A DNA stretch of 64,000 nt from Verrucomicrobiota bacterium (GTDB lineage: Bacteria > Verrucomicrobiota > Verrucomicrobiia > Limisphaerales > UBA11358): NCBI GenBank assembly GCA_049510295.1, contig JBEKZC010000014.1, positions 1,595-65,594 of the forward strand. The letters are read 5' to 3'. Both the position numbers and the translations under genes were made by a program. Below are positions 19,294-28,059 of the stretch, piece after piece. A model generated the notes under the pieces. That model had not been told where the DNA came from and searched no databases. It worked only from the letters and a program-made list of their open reading frames with translations. Every line of letters begins with the position of its first letter. The stretch's first letter is position 1.

Positions 19294-22278
19294 ATGAGCA
19301 CACGATTCCTCGTTCGAGTGGCACTTTCCGCATTTTTCCTCTCCGCTGTCCAGAACGGTATGGCCCAGGCCAGCCTGCCGATCTACACCGACAACCTGGT
19401 GAACGGTTTCCAGGACTGGAGCTGGGCGACCCGGAACATGGACAACACCACGCCCGTTCATTCGGGCAGCGCATCCATCAGCGTAACCTCCAGTGCCTGG
19501 ACGGCGCTGGCGTTCGAGAATTCGGATTTCAACACGACTCCTTATACGAACCTCACCTTTTGGGCACATGGCGGCACAAACGGCGGGCAACAGCTCCAGG
19601 TTTACGCGCAATACGGCCCCGGCGGCACCAATGGAACGACGGTTTCACTGCCGAGCACGTTGACGGCAGGTACATGGAAGCCGTACACGATTTCCCTGAG
19701 CGCGCTCGGTGTGGCCAACCGATCCGACGTCAACACGATTGTCATCATGCTGACGGGTAGCGGCACGACCGGCACTTTTTACGTGGATGACATCGCGCTG
19801 ACCGCCGTGCCGGCGCCGGCGCTGGTTCACTTGAGCGTGAATGCCACGAATACATTGCGGACGGCCGACCCGCGCTGGTTTGGTGTCGACACCGCCACTT
19901 GGGATGGCTACCTCGTCAACTCGCAAACCGTCTCCCTCATGAAACAAAACGGCACCACCACCCTGCGCTGGCCGGGTGGTTCGACCTCAGATGCCTACCA
20001 TTGGTACAACGACACAGCCAACAACAAGACCTTCAACCAGCTCGCCACCAACTTCGGCGCCAACGTCTTTATTACCGTCAATTATGGCAGCGGAACCAGC
20101 AACGAAGCCGCCGCGTGGGTCAAGTCCGTCAACGTCACCAACAAATTCGGTTTCAAATACTGGGAAATCGGCAACGAATGCTATGGAACTTGGGAAACCG
20201 ACAACAACACCCCGGCATACGATCCCTACACCTATGTCGCCCGCGCCGCTGGTTATATCGCGCTCATGAAAGCCGCTGATCCGACCATCAAGATCGGTGT
20301 GGTTGCCGTGCCCGGCGAAGACAGCTATTCCAATAATGCGGCTCATCCGGTCGTCAATCCTGTAACCGGCGTGACACATTATGGCTGGACGCCGGTCATG
20401 CTGACCTACCTGAAGACCAACGGAGTTACCCCGGACTTCCTCATTTATCACTTCTATCCGGAATACACGTCGGCCGACCCCTCCACAGGCACCGACAGCG
20501 ACCCGCTCGCGCTCCAGGCCAGCATCAATTGGGCGCTCACCGCCGCCGACCTGCGCCAGCAACTTACGGATTACCTCGGCAGCAACGGCACTAATGTCGA
20601 ACTGCTTTGCACCGAGAACAACAGCGATGCCGGTGCGCAAGGCCGTCAGTCCACCAGCATCGTCAATGGACTGTTTCTTGCGGACAACCTGGCACAGATC
20701 ATGAAGACGGAGTTCAACAGTTATATCTGGTGGGATTTCCGCAACGGCTCGGACACCTCGGGCAGCTTTGACTCCACGCTCTACGGCTGGCGAAACAACG
20801 GCGATTTGGGCATGGCCGGCGGAGCCGCCAGTCCGCTCTACCCCACGTTCTACGCCGAAAAGCTCATGCAATACTTTGTCCGGGGCGGTGACACCGTCCT
20901 GAATGCCACCAGCGATTACCTTCTCCTCTCGGCCTACGCCGCCCGCAAAATCAACGGATCGCTCGCCCTGCTGGTCATCAACAAGGATGTCACGACCACC
21001 TTCACCGCGCAGATCAACCTGACCAATTTCATTCCCGCCGGAACCGCCACGGTCCGATCCTTCGGCATCATCCAGGATGAGGCCACGCGTACGAACAACC
21101 CCACCCCCGGGTCGCAGGACATCTCCACCAATACGATTACCGTCGCCACATCCTTCACCAACACCTTTCCCGCAGGCAGCCTGACGCTCATTACCTTTAC
21201 GCCGAACGCGACCACGGTCAGCCTGGTTTCAGGCGCCAATCCTTCGACCTACGGCAGTGCGGTGACCTTTACCGCCACGGTCTGGACCAATGGTGTGGCG
21301 GTTGGAGGCATCAGCGGGCAAACCATCACGTTCTATGATGGGGCCGTCCAATTGGGCACCGGAACAGTAAATGGCAGCGGTCAGGCCGCTTATGCCACGA
21401 GCGCCACCCAACTCTCCGCCGCCACCCATTCCATCACCGCCGTATATGGCGGGGGCGGTGGTTATGCTGGCAGCACGAATTCACCCGCCTTGTCGCAAAC
21501 AGTAAACAAAGCGACGCTGACGGCGGGATTAACTGGCACGGTGAGCAAGACCTACGATGGAACCACGGCCGCCACGCTGGCGGCGGGCAACTACACCCTG
21601 TCGGGCGTGGTGAGCGGCGACACGGTGACGCTGAATGATCCGACGAGCGGGACTTACGACACCCGGAACCAGGGCAGTGGCAAGACAGTTACTGTGACGG
21701 GCCTGGCAATTTCAGGCGCGTCCGTGACCAACTATACTTTGGCGAGCACTTCGGCCTCGGCTGCGGTGGGCACGATCAGTGCGGCGACGCTGACCTACAC
21801 GGCCAACCCGGCGAGCATGATCTACGGGTCGGCGGTGCCGGGCTTGGGCGGTTCGGTGGGCGGATTTGTGGGCAGCGACACGCAGGCCAATGCAACGACG
21901 GGGACGTTGACCTTCACGACGGCGGCGACTTCGTCGAGCAGTGTGGGCAGCTACGCCATCAACGGCTCCGGGTTGACGGCGAACAACGGCAATTACACGT
22001 TTGTGCAGGCGGCGGGGAACGCGACGGCCTTGGGCATTCTGCCCTTGGTGACACCGGCCTTTGCGGGTCAGGGGATAGTGGTGGGCTCCGGGGGTTGGCA
22101 GTTGAGTTTCAGCGCCCAGGCTGGACAAAGCTACCAGGTGCTGGCCGCGGGCGATTTGACGCTGCCAGTGAGCCAGTGGACGGTGGTGACCAATGGAACG
22201 TTTGGGGCAGGCACCGTCACCATTACGGATAATTCAACCAACCTGCCGGTCCGGTTCTATCGGATCGTATCGCCGTAA
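19294..22278 (+). CDS. secreted multidomain glycoside hydrolase (CBM-like + clan GH-A TIM barrel + Ig-like/YDG/MBG repeats + C-terminal FYRI module)
   Basis: Signal-like N-terminus. LRWPGGSTSDAYHW and YWEIGNECYG motifs indicate clan GH-A, family unresolved. Contains TVSKTYDGTTAATL (YDG-type). Ends RFYRIVSP. Confidence 0.8.
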   Translation: MSTRFLVRVALSAFFLSAVQNGMAQASLPIYTDNLVNGFQDWSWATRNMDNTTPVHSGSASISVTSSAWTALAFENSDFNTTPYTNLTFWAHGGTNGGQQLQVYAQYGPGGTNGTTVSLPSTLTAGTWKPYTISLSALGVANRSDVNTIVIMLTGSGTTGTFYVDDIALTAVPAPALVHLSVNATNTLRTADPRWFGVDTATWDGYLVNSQTVSLMKQNGTTTLRWPGGSTSDAYHWYNDTANNKTFNQLATNFGANVFITVNYGSGTSNEAAAWVKSVNVTNKFGFKYWEIGNECYGTWETDNNTPAYDPYTYVARAAGYIALMKAADPTIKIGVVAVPGEDSYSNNAAHPVVNPVTGVTHYGWTPVMLTYLKTNGVTPDFLIYHFYPEYTSADPSTGTDSDPLALQASINWALTAADLRQQLTDYLGSNGTNVELLCTENNSDAGAQGRQSTSIVNGLFLADNLAQIMKTEFNSYIWWDFRNGSDTSGSFDSTLYGWRNNGDLGMAGGAASPLYPTFYAEKLMQYFVRGGDTVLNATSDYLLLSAYAARKINGSLALLVINKDVTTTFTAQINLTNFIPAGTATVRSFGIIQDEATRTNNPTPGSQDISTNTITVATSFTNTFPAGSLTLITFTPNATTVSLVSGANPSTYGSAVTFTATVWTNGVAVGGISGQTITFYDGAVQLGTGTVNGSGQAAYATSATQLSAATHSITAVYGGGGGYAGSTNSPALSQTVNKATLTAGLTGTVSKTYDGTTAATLAAGNYTLSGVVSGDTVTLNDPTSGTYDTRNQGSGKTVTVTGLAISGASVTNYTLASTSASAAVGTISAATLTYTANPASMIYGSAVPGLGGSVGGFVGSDTQANATTGTLTFTTAATSSSSVGSYAINGSGLTANNGNYTFVQAAGNATALGILPLVTPAFAGQGIVVGSGGWQLSFSAQAGQSYQVLAAGDLTLPVSQWTVVTNGTFGAGTVTITDNSTNLPVRFYRIVSP
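21209..22278 (+). repeat. 3' coding module near-identical to 24067-24863, with an extra 273 nt
   Basis: Read by eye: 21209-21521 aligns to 24067-24379 and 21784-22278 aligns to 24369-24863, with only scattered substitutions. Confidence 0.9.
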
Positions 22279-22297
22279 GATTGTTTTGAAAGCTTGA

Positions 22298-22480
22298 TGC
22301 TCAAGCGGCCACGCCGCGGCGATCACTCGTGGCAATGACCGGCAACGGCAGCCGGGTTTGAACGCAACCAGCAACTTTACGGTGACGGTTTTGGGCGGGC
22401 CGGTGAATCTGGTGGTGAGCTGGCCGCAGGGGCGGGATTACACAGTGTTGACTTCAACCCGGACTCCGAAAAGGTGGCGG
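22298..22480 (+). pseudogene. decayed fragment of a C-terminal sorting-like module (…VNLVVSWPQGRDYTVLTSTRTPKRW…)
   Basis: Frame opens after the stop at 22295-22297. The pattern LVVSWxx...Y.L.S...W resembles the C-termini of 11524-14082 and the two hydrolases. It then runs into intergenic repeat words, with no plausible N-terminus. Confidence 0.4.
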
Positions 22481-22784
22481 GGTGGACGAGAGCCATGCCG
22501 GAGTGCGCCCGTCCTTGGGCACAGCAACTGGCTTCATTCGAGCCATGGAACATTTTCCAACCGCCCACCCACCCCCTTTGGCTGCGGTCGGGACGGCCGC
22601 CCTCTGCTAATGCAAAAATTCAACTTCGGAGTCCGGGTTGATAATATTTGTCACCCGCTGGGAAATGAGTTAAATTGCACTGTTCCAAACATGATGCTGG
22701 AAGGTTTTTATCAAATGCGGAACACAATTGTGCTGCAGTAGAAAATTTCAGTTGACGGTTGGTCACATAAAAAAAATTACCCCA

Positions 22785-24863
22785 ATGAAAATGTGCTTAA
22801 CGATTCGGACAGGTTTGTCGTTTGGTTTGCTGGCGCTGGCAATGTCATCCCTGTCGGGCCGGGCGCAAACCTGCACCGTGAACTGGACCAATGTGTACCA
22901 AAGGATAGACGGCTTTGGCGCTTCCTCGGCCTGGCGGGGCAGTTGGACCAGCGCGCAGGCGGACATGTTCTTTTCCACCAACACCGGCATCGGCCTGTCC
23001 CTGTTGCGCAACCACATTACCGCCGCCAGTTCACCTTCAGCGAGCGCCATACCGACCACGTCCGAATGGAGCATCATGCAGATGGCTCGAGACCGCGGTG
23101 CCCTGGTGTGGAGCGCGCCGTGGACTCCGGCAAACAAGTTAAAAGATAACACTAATTCGGTCGGTGGTAATTTCCTGTCGGCCAGCAACCAGGCCTATGC
23201 GAGTCAGTTGGCCAACTATGTGTTGAACATGAAGACCAACTATGGGGTCAATCTCTGCGCCATTTCCGTCCAAAACGAGCCCGATGCGAATGTGTCCTAT
23301 GAATCCTGTCATTGGAGTGCTCAACAATTTCATGACTTTGTTCCCTACCTTTACAATGCGCTGGTGGCCAAAGGAGTGGGTTTCACCAAAATCATCATTC
23401 CCGAAGACGAATTTTGGGAGACAAGCCTCTACACTACCGCCATGTCCGATTCGTCTGTTGCGGCGGATGTGGGCATCATCGCCAACCATAATTATGACAA
23501 TACAGGTCATCCAGGGGTGGCGATCCCTGCTTACGGGAAGGCGCTCTGGGAGACCGAAGTCATGACGACCGACGCTTTCGATGGAAGCATCGCCAATGCG
23601 ATGACATGGGCCGCCCGGATTCATCAGTTCATGACTGTGGTTCAAGTGAACGCCTGGCATTATTGGTGGTTGATTTCCCAGAATGCGGACAATGAAGGCC
23701 TTACCGACACCTCCGGCAATCCCGCCAAGCGCATGTATGTCCTCGGTCAGTGGAGCCGGTTCGTTCGTCCCAACTTTTATCGCATTGGCGCCACCAACAC
23801 CGGCGTCGCCCTGATTAGCGCCTACAAAGACCCCAACGCCACCAACTTTGCCATTGTAGCTGTCAACAACACCAGTTCCGCCATCACTCAGACCTTCAAT
23901 CTGACGAACTTCAGCGCCACATCGGTGACGCCGTGGATGACGACGAGCAGTCTCTCGCTGGCCAACCAGACGCCCGTCACGGTCAGCAGTTCGTCCTTCA
24001 CCTACACGCTGCCGGCCATGAGCGTGGTCACGTTCGTGGGGCAAGGCGTTGCCAACTCGCTGGTAACGACCACGGTCAGTCTGGCTTCAGGCGTCAATCC
24101 TTCGACCTACGGCAGTGCGGTGACCTTTACCGCCACGGTCTGGACCAATGGTGTGGCGGTTGGAGGCATCAGCGGGCAAACCGTCGCGTTCTATGATGGG
24201 GCCGTCCAATTGGGCACCGGAACAGTCAATGGCAGCGGTCAGGCCGCTTATGCCACGAGCGCCACCCAACTCTCCGCCGCCACCCATTCCATCGCCGCCG
24301 TATATGGCGGGGGCGGTGGTTATGCTGGCAGTACGAATTCACCCGCCTTGTCGCAAACAGTAAGCCAGGCGACGCTGACCTACACAGCGAACGCGGCAAA
24401 CATGATCTACGGGTCGGCGGTGCCGGGCCTGGGCGGTTCGGTGGGCGGATTTGTGGGCAGCGACACGCAGGCCAATGCGACGACGGGGACGTTGACCTTC
24501 ACGACGCCGGCGACTTCGTCGAGCAGTGTGGGCAGCTACGCCATCAACGGCTCCGGTTTGACGGCGAACAACGGCAATTACACGTTTGTGCAGGCGGCGG
24601 GGAACGCGACGGCCCTGGGCATTCTGCCCTTGGTGACACCGGCCTTTGCGGGTCAGGGGATAGCGGTGGGCTCCGGGGGTTGGCAGTTGAGTTTCAGCGC
24701 CCAGGCTGGACAAAGCTACCAAGTGCTGGCCGCGGGCGATCTGACGCTGCCAGTGAGCCAGTGGACGGTGGTGACCAATGGAACGTTTGGAGCAGGCACC
24801 GTCACCATTACGGATAATTCAACCAACCTGCCGGTCCGGTTCTATCGGATCGTATCGCCGTGA
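22785..24863 (+). CDS. secreted glycoside hydrolase family 30 protein with Ig-like/MBG repeats and C-terminal FYRI module
   Basis: Signal peptide MKMCLTIRTGLSFGLLALAMSSLSGRAQ. YQRIDGFGASSAW and ISVQNEPD are GH30 motifs. Ends RFYRIVSP. Confidence 0.85.
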   Translation: MKMCLTIRTGLSFGLLALAMSSLSGRAQTCTVNWTNVYQRIDGFGASSAWRGSWTSAQADMFFSTNTGIGLSLLRNHITAASSPSASAIPTTSEWSIMQMARDRGALVWSAPWTPANKLKDNTNSVGGNFLSASNQAYASQLANYVLNMKTNYGVNLCAISVQNEPDANVSYESCHWSAQQFHDFVPYLYNALVAKGVGFTKIIIPEDEFWETSLYTTAMSDSSVAADVGIIANHNYDNTGHPGVAIPAYGKALWETEVMTTDAFDGSIANAMTWAARIHQFMTVVQVNAWHYWWLISQNADNEGLTDTSGNPAKRMYVLGQWSRFVRPNFYRIGATNTGVALISAYKDPNATNFAIVAVNNTSSAITQTFNLTNFSATSVTPWMTTSSLSLANQTPVTVSSSSFTYTLPAMSVVTFVGQGVANSLVTTTVSLASGVNPSTYGSAVTFTATVWTNGVAVGGISGQTVAFYDGAVQLGTGTVNGSGQAAYATSATQLSAATHSIAAVYGGGGGYAGSTNSPALSQTVSQATLTYTANAANMIYGSAVPGLGGSVGGFVGSDTQANATTGTLTFTTPATSSSSVGSYAINGSGLTANNGNYTFVQAAGNATALGILPLVTPAFAGQGIAVGSGGWQLSFSAQAGQSYQVLAAGDLTLPVSQWTVVTNGTFGAGTVTITDNSTNLPVRFYRIVSP
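24067..24863 (+). repeat. 3' coding module near-identical to 21209-22278
   Basis: See the partner feature. Identity ends at the stop codon (TGA here, TAA in the partner). Confidence 0.9.
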
Positions 24864-25003
24864 TCGCGCGGCGGGACGGGTGAAACCGGTACCAGACTTC
24901 GTTTGCTTCGGCCTTCGTCCCGCATTGCGGGTGGGGTGTTTGAACACGCTGAAGCGTGGACACCAAGCGGCTAGGTCTTGCGAAGCGGTGAAAATTTTTC
25001 GTA

Positions 25004-26500
25004 ATGTCTGGCACCATGAATTTGGCCACTGCGTTTACCGCCTCGGTTGAAAAACGGCCGGATAAAATCGCCTTGTATTGGGGCGAAAGCGAATTCAGCT
25101 ATGCCACGCTGTTCGCGCAGTCGCGCGCCGTGGCAGCGGAGCTGGCCGGCAAATTCGGCGTCAAACCCGGCGACCGCGTGGCGCTCTGGCTCAAAAACCG
25201 CCCGGAATTCATCCCGGCGGTCTTTGGCATTCTTGGCGCGGGCGCGGTGCTCGTACCCATCAACAATTTCCTCAAGCCGGACGAGGTAAATTACATCCTG
25301 AAGGACGGCGGCATTGACGTGCTCATCACGGACGATGAACTCGCCATTCACGCGCCCGCGCTCCTCGCAGCGCGCCCGCAACTCAAGATTTTCAAGGTGG
25401 AGAATTTTCCTGCTTCCCCATCTCCCATCTCCCATCTCCCATCTCCTCCGGCTTGTAACGAGTCGGATCTGGCGGTCATCATTTACACGTCCGGCACGAC
25501 GGGCCGGCCGAAAGGCGCGATGCTGTCGCACGGCAACCTGCTGCACAACGTCGAGAGCTGCCGGCTGGTGCTCGAAACGGTGGATCAGGACCGAATGGCG
25601 GTGCTGTTGCCACTGTTTCACAGCTACATGCTGACGGTGGGCGTGTTTCTGCCGTTGCTGGTGGGCGGGACGATGGTGCTGGTGAAGTCGCTAAATCAAC
25701 CGCGGCAGATTTTGCAGGAGTTGTGCGCCCGGCAGGCGACGATTTTGCCGGCGATTCCGCCGTTTTATCGCACGCTGGCGGGTTCACCGGCGCCAGTCAA
25801 ATTGCCTTTCCGCCTTTGCATCAGCGGCTCCGCTCCGTTGCCGGTGCAGGTGCTGAAGGATTTTGAGGCGAAATTTGGAATTCCATTGATTGAAGGCTAT
25901 GGCTTGAGCGAGGCAAGTCCGGTGGTGTCGAAAAATCCGATTCACGGCGTGCGCAAGCCCGGCTCGATTGGATTGCCGGTTCCGAACGTCGAAGTGAGCA
26001 CACAGGATGATTCGGGAAAAATTCTCGGCGCCGGCGAGGCTGGTGAAATCTGCGTGCGCGGCGGCAACGTGATGTTGGGCTACTGGAACAACCCGGAGGA
26101 AACAGTGAAAGCCTTCCGCAACGGCTGGCTGTTGACCGGCGACATCGGTTATCGCGACGCCGACGGCTACTTTTACATCACCGACCGCAAAAAGGACATG
26201 CTGCTGGTCAACGGCAACAACGTTTATCCACGGGAAATTGAGGAAGTCATTTATCAATTTCCGGGCATCAAGGAAGCGGCAGTCATCGGCGTGCCGGATG
26301 CGCGCAAAGGCGAGCAGCCGGTGGCGTTTGTCGTTGTGGCGGAAGGACAAGCGGTCGAAGAAAAAACCCTTCTGCAATTCGTGCGCGGCAAACTGGCCGA
26401 CTACAAAGTGCCCAAAAAGATGGTTTTTCTGTCTGCCTTGCCCCGAAACGCAACGGGCAAAATACTTAAAACCGCACTTAGGCAACAACCGTTGGTTTGA
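25004..26500 (+). CDS. long-chain fatty acid-CoA ligase (AMP-dependent synthetase)
   Basis: IIYTSGTTGRPKGAMLSH AMP-binding motif, GYGLSEASP, TGDIGYRDADGYFYITDRKKD. Confidence 0.9.
   Translation: MSGTMNLATAFTASVEKRPDKIALYWGESEFSYATLFAQSRAVAAELAGKFGVKPGDRVALWLKNRPEFIPAVFGILGAGAVLVPINNFLKPDEVNYILKDGGIDVLITDDELAIHAPALLAARPQLKIFKVENFPASPSPISHLPSPPACNESDLAVIIYTSGTTGRPKGAMLSHGNLLHNVESCRLVLETVDQDRMAVLLPLFHSYMLTVGVFLPLLVGGTMVLVKSLNQPRQILQELCARQATILPAIPPFYRTLAGSPAPVKLPFRLCISGSAPLPVQVLKDFEAKFGIPLIEGYGLSEASPVVSKNPIHGVRKPGSIGLPVPNVEVSTQDDSGKILGAGEAGEICVRGGNVMLGYWNNPEETVKAFRNGWLLTGDIGYRDADGYFYITDRKKDMLLVNGNNVYPREIEEVIYQFPGIKEAAVIGVPDARKGEQPVAFVVVAEGQAVEEKTLLQFVRGKLADYKVPKKMVFLSALPRNATGKILKTALRQQPLV
25417..25446 (+). 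repeat. tandem heptanucleotide repeat (CCCATCT)x4 plus a partial unit, inside the CDS
   Basis: Units at 25417-25423, 25424-25430, 25431-25437 and 25438-25444. Encodes SPSPISHLPSPP. Confidence 0.95.
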
Positions 26501-26631
26501 GGCTCCCAAGAATAACAACAAGTTGGATTTCAACGGGTTAAGCCAATGCCTTTTCCCAGTTGACGCGGCCAGACAGCCACCGGTAAGCTATTAGACCGTT
26601 CGGGCATGAAGCGTGGACGGTAAAAACTTTT

Positions 26632-26820
26632 ATGGCCGAAGGATATTGCGTTAAGTGCAAAGCCAAGAAGGAAATCGCCAACGGCGTTGAAGAGACGATG
26701 AAAAACGGGCGCAAGGCGATCAAGGGCAAATGCCCGACCTGTGGCACGGTGATGTTCAAGATTTTGGGTGGCAAAGCCGCTACCAGTGCGACGCCGGCCA
26801 ATCCGCCGACCACGAACTGA
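26632..26820 (+). CDS. DUF5679-type zinc-ribbon protein
   Basis: YCVKCKAKKEI...TMKNGRKAIKGKCPTCGTVMFKILG matches the DUF5679 CxxC...CxxC pattern as I remember it. Confidence 0.75.
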   Translation: MAEGYCVKCKAKKEIANGVEETMKNGRKAIKGKCPTCGTVMFKILGGKAATSATPANPPTTN

Positions 26821-26822
26821 TT

Positions 26823-27995
26823 ATGCCGCAACAACTCGCTTATGTCATCATCACGCCCTATTCGCTTTACAAGTCGCGCACCGGCGGAATTTTAAGCCGG
26901 TTGATTACGCGGACGGGTTTGGATCTGGCAGCCATGCGCATGTTCGCACCCGGCGCCGAGCTGATCAGGCAATATGCTGAAAACATTGTCTCCGCCCAAG
27001 ACCCGCAAGATCGGCGAATCCAGGAACTGCTTTGCCAGTACGTCATCCAAAATTTCTCACCCGACCCCAAGACCGGGCGGCGGCGGCGGATCATGATGCT
27101 TCTGTTCCGCGGCAATGACGCCGTGCGAAAGGTTCGTTCCGTCGTCGGCAATCTCAGTCCGGAGCGTCGTGTGGGAGAAACCATTCGTGATACTTACGGC
27201 GACCTGATCACGGATGACAACGGGCAGATTCGCTACTTTGAACCGGCAGTACTCGCCGCGCCAAACGTGGAAGAAGCCGATGCGAAACTCAAATTGTGGG
27301 CGCGCTTTTCCGACAAAGACGGCGGCGTCCTGGAAAATGTCATTGCCTATCAACCCGGCGAAACCGGCCAGCGCACGCTGGTGCTCATCAAACCGGATAA
27401 TTTTCGTTTCCCGACCGGACGCCCCGGCAATGTCATTGACTTTTTTTCACGCGCCGGCCTGTTCATTGTGGGAATCAAGGTGCACCGCATGAGTGTGGCC
27501 CAGGCGACGGAATTCTACGGTCCCGTCCGCGAATTCCTCTGCACCAAGCTCAAGGACGTGATCGGGGCCAAGACCAAAGCCGCGCTGGAAAAGGAGTTCC
27601 CCATCAAAATTGCCGCCGCCGAGGAAAAACAACTGGGAGAAGTTCTCTGCGCGACCTTCGGCGAGCATCAGTTCGAGAACATCGTCCGTTTCATGTCCGG
27701 TCATGCGCCGTCGGAATTGCCGCGCGAACAGTGGACCAAGCCCGGCACGGAAAAGTGCATCGCGCTGATTTATGAAGGCGTGAATGCCGTCGCCAAAATC
27801 CGCGACGTGCTGGGTCCGACCGATCCGTCCAAGGCGCCACCCGGCTCGATTCGCCGCGAGTTTGGATTGAACATCACGGTTAATGCCGCCCATGCCAGCG
27901 ACTCGCCGGAAAACGCCAGGCGCGAAATGGGCATCGTCAACGTCGGCGAAAACAACTTCCGCCAGATCATCGAAGAGACTTACGGCAAACTGTAA
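26823..27995 (+). CDS. tandem nucleoside-diphosphate kinase-like protein (degenerate N-domain + His-containing C-domain with insertion)
   Basis: ATG lies 3 nt after the upstream stop. The N-domain has the NDK fold pattern but lacks the NxxH(G/A)SD histidine. The C-domain has RTLVLIKPDN...VNAAHASDSPENARREM. Confidence 0.75.
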   Translation: MPQQLAYVIITPYSLYKSRTGGILSRLITRTGLDLAAMRMFAPGAELIRQYAENIVSAQDPQDRRIQELLCQYVIQNFSPDPKTGRRRRIMMLLFRGNDAVRKVRSVVGNLSPERRVGETIRDTYGDLITDDNGQIRYFEPAVLAAPNVEEADAKLKLWARFSDKDGGVLENVIAYQPGETGQRTLVLIKPDNFRFPTGRPGNVIDFFSRAGLFIVGIKVHRMSVAQATEFYGPVREFLCTKLKDVIGAKTKAALEKEFPIKIAAAEEKQLGEVLCATFGEHQFENIVRFMSGHAPSELPREQWTKPGTEKCIALIYEGVNAVAKIRDVLGPTDPSKAPPGSIRREFGLNITVNAAHASDSPENARREMGIVNVGENNFRQIIEETYGKL

Positions 27996-28059
27996 GCTGG
28001 AGTTCAGTCCCGCCGGGCGGGACTGTCCCCCGCCTGCAAGCTAAAGCTTGAACTCCAGC
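27996..28059. terminator. nested inverted repeats between convergent genes (candidate bidirectional terminator)
   Basis: Outer arms are GCTGGAGTTCA (27996-28006) and TGAACTCCAGC (28049-28059). The inner hairpin is GTCCCGCCGGGCGGGAC (28007-28023). There is no clear U-run. Confidence 0.35.

Noticed and set aside
22358-22741. 127-aa ORF between the two hydrolase genes as an intact gene
   Set aside because: Only its first ~40 residues resemble a protein module. The rest reads through repeat words and AT-rich promoter-like DNA. It is treated as a decayed fragment.
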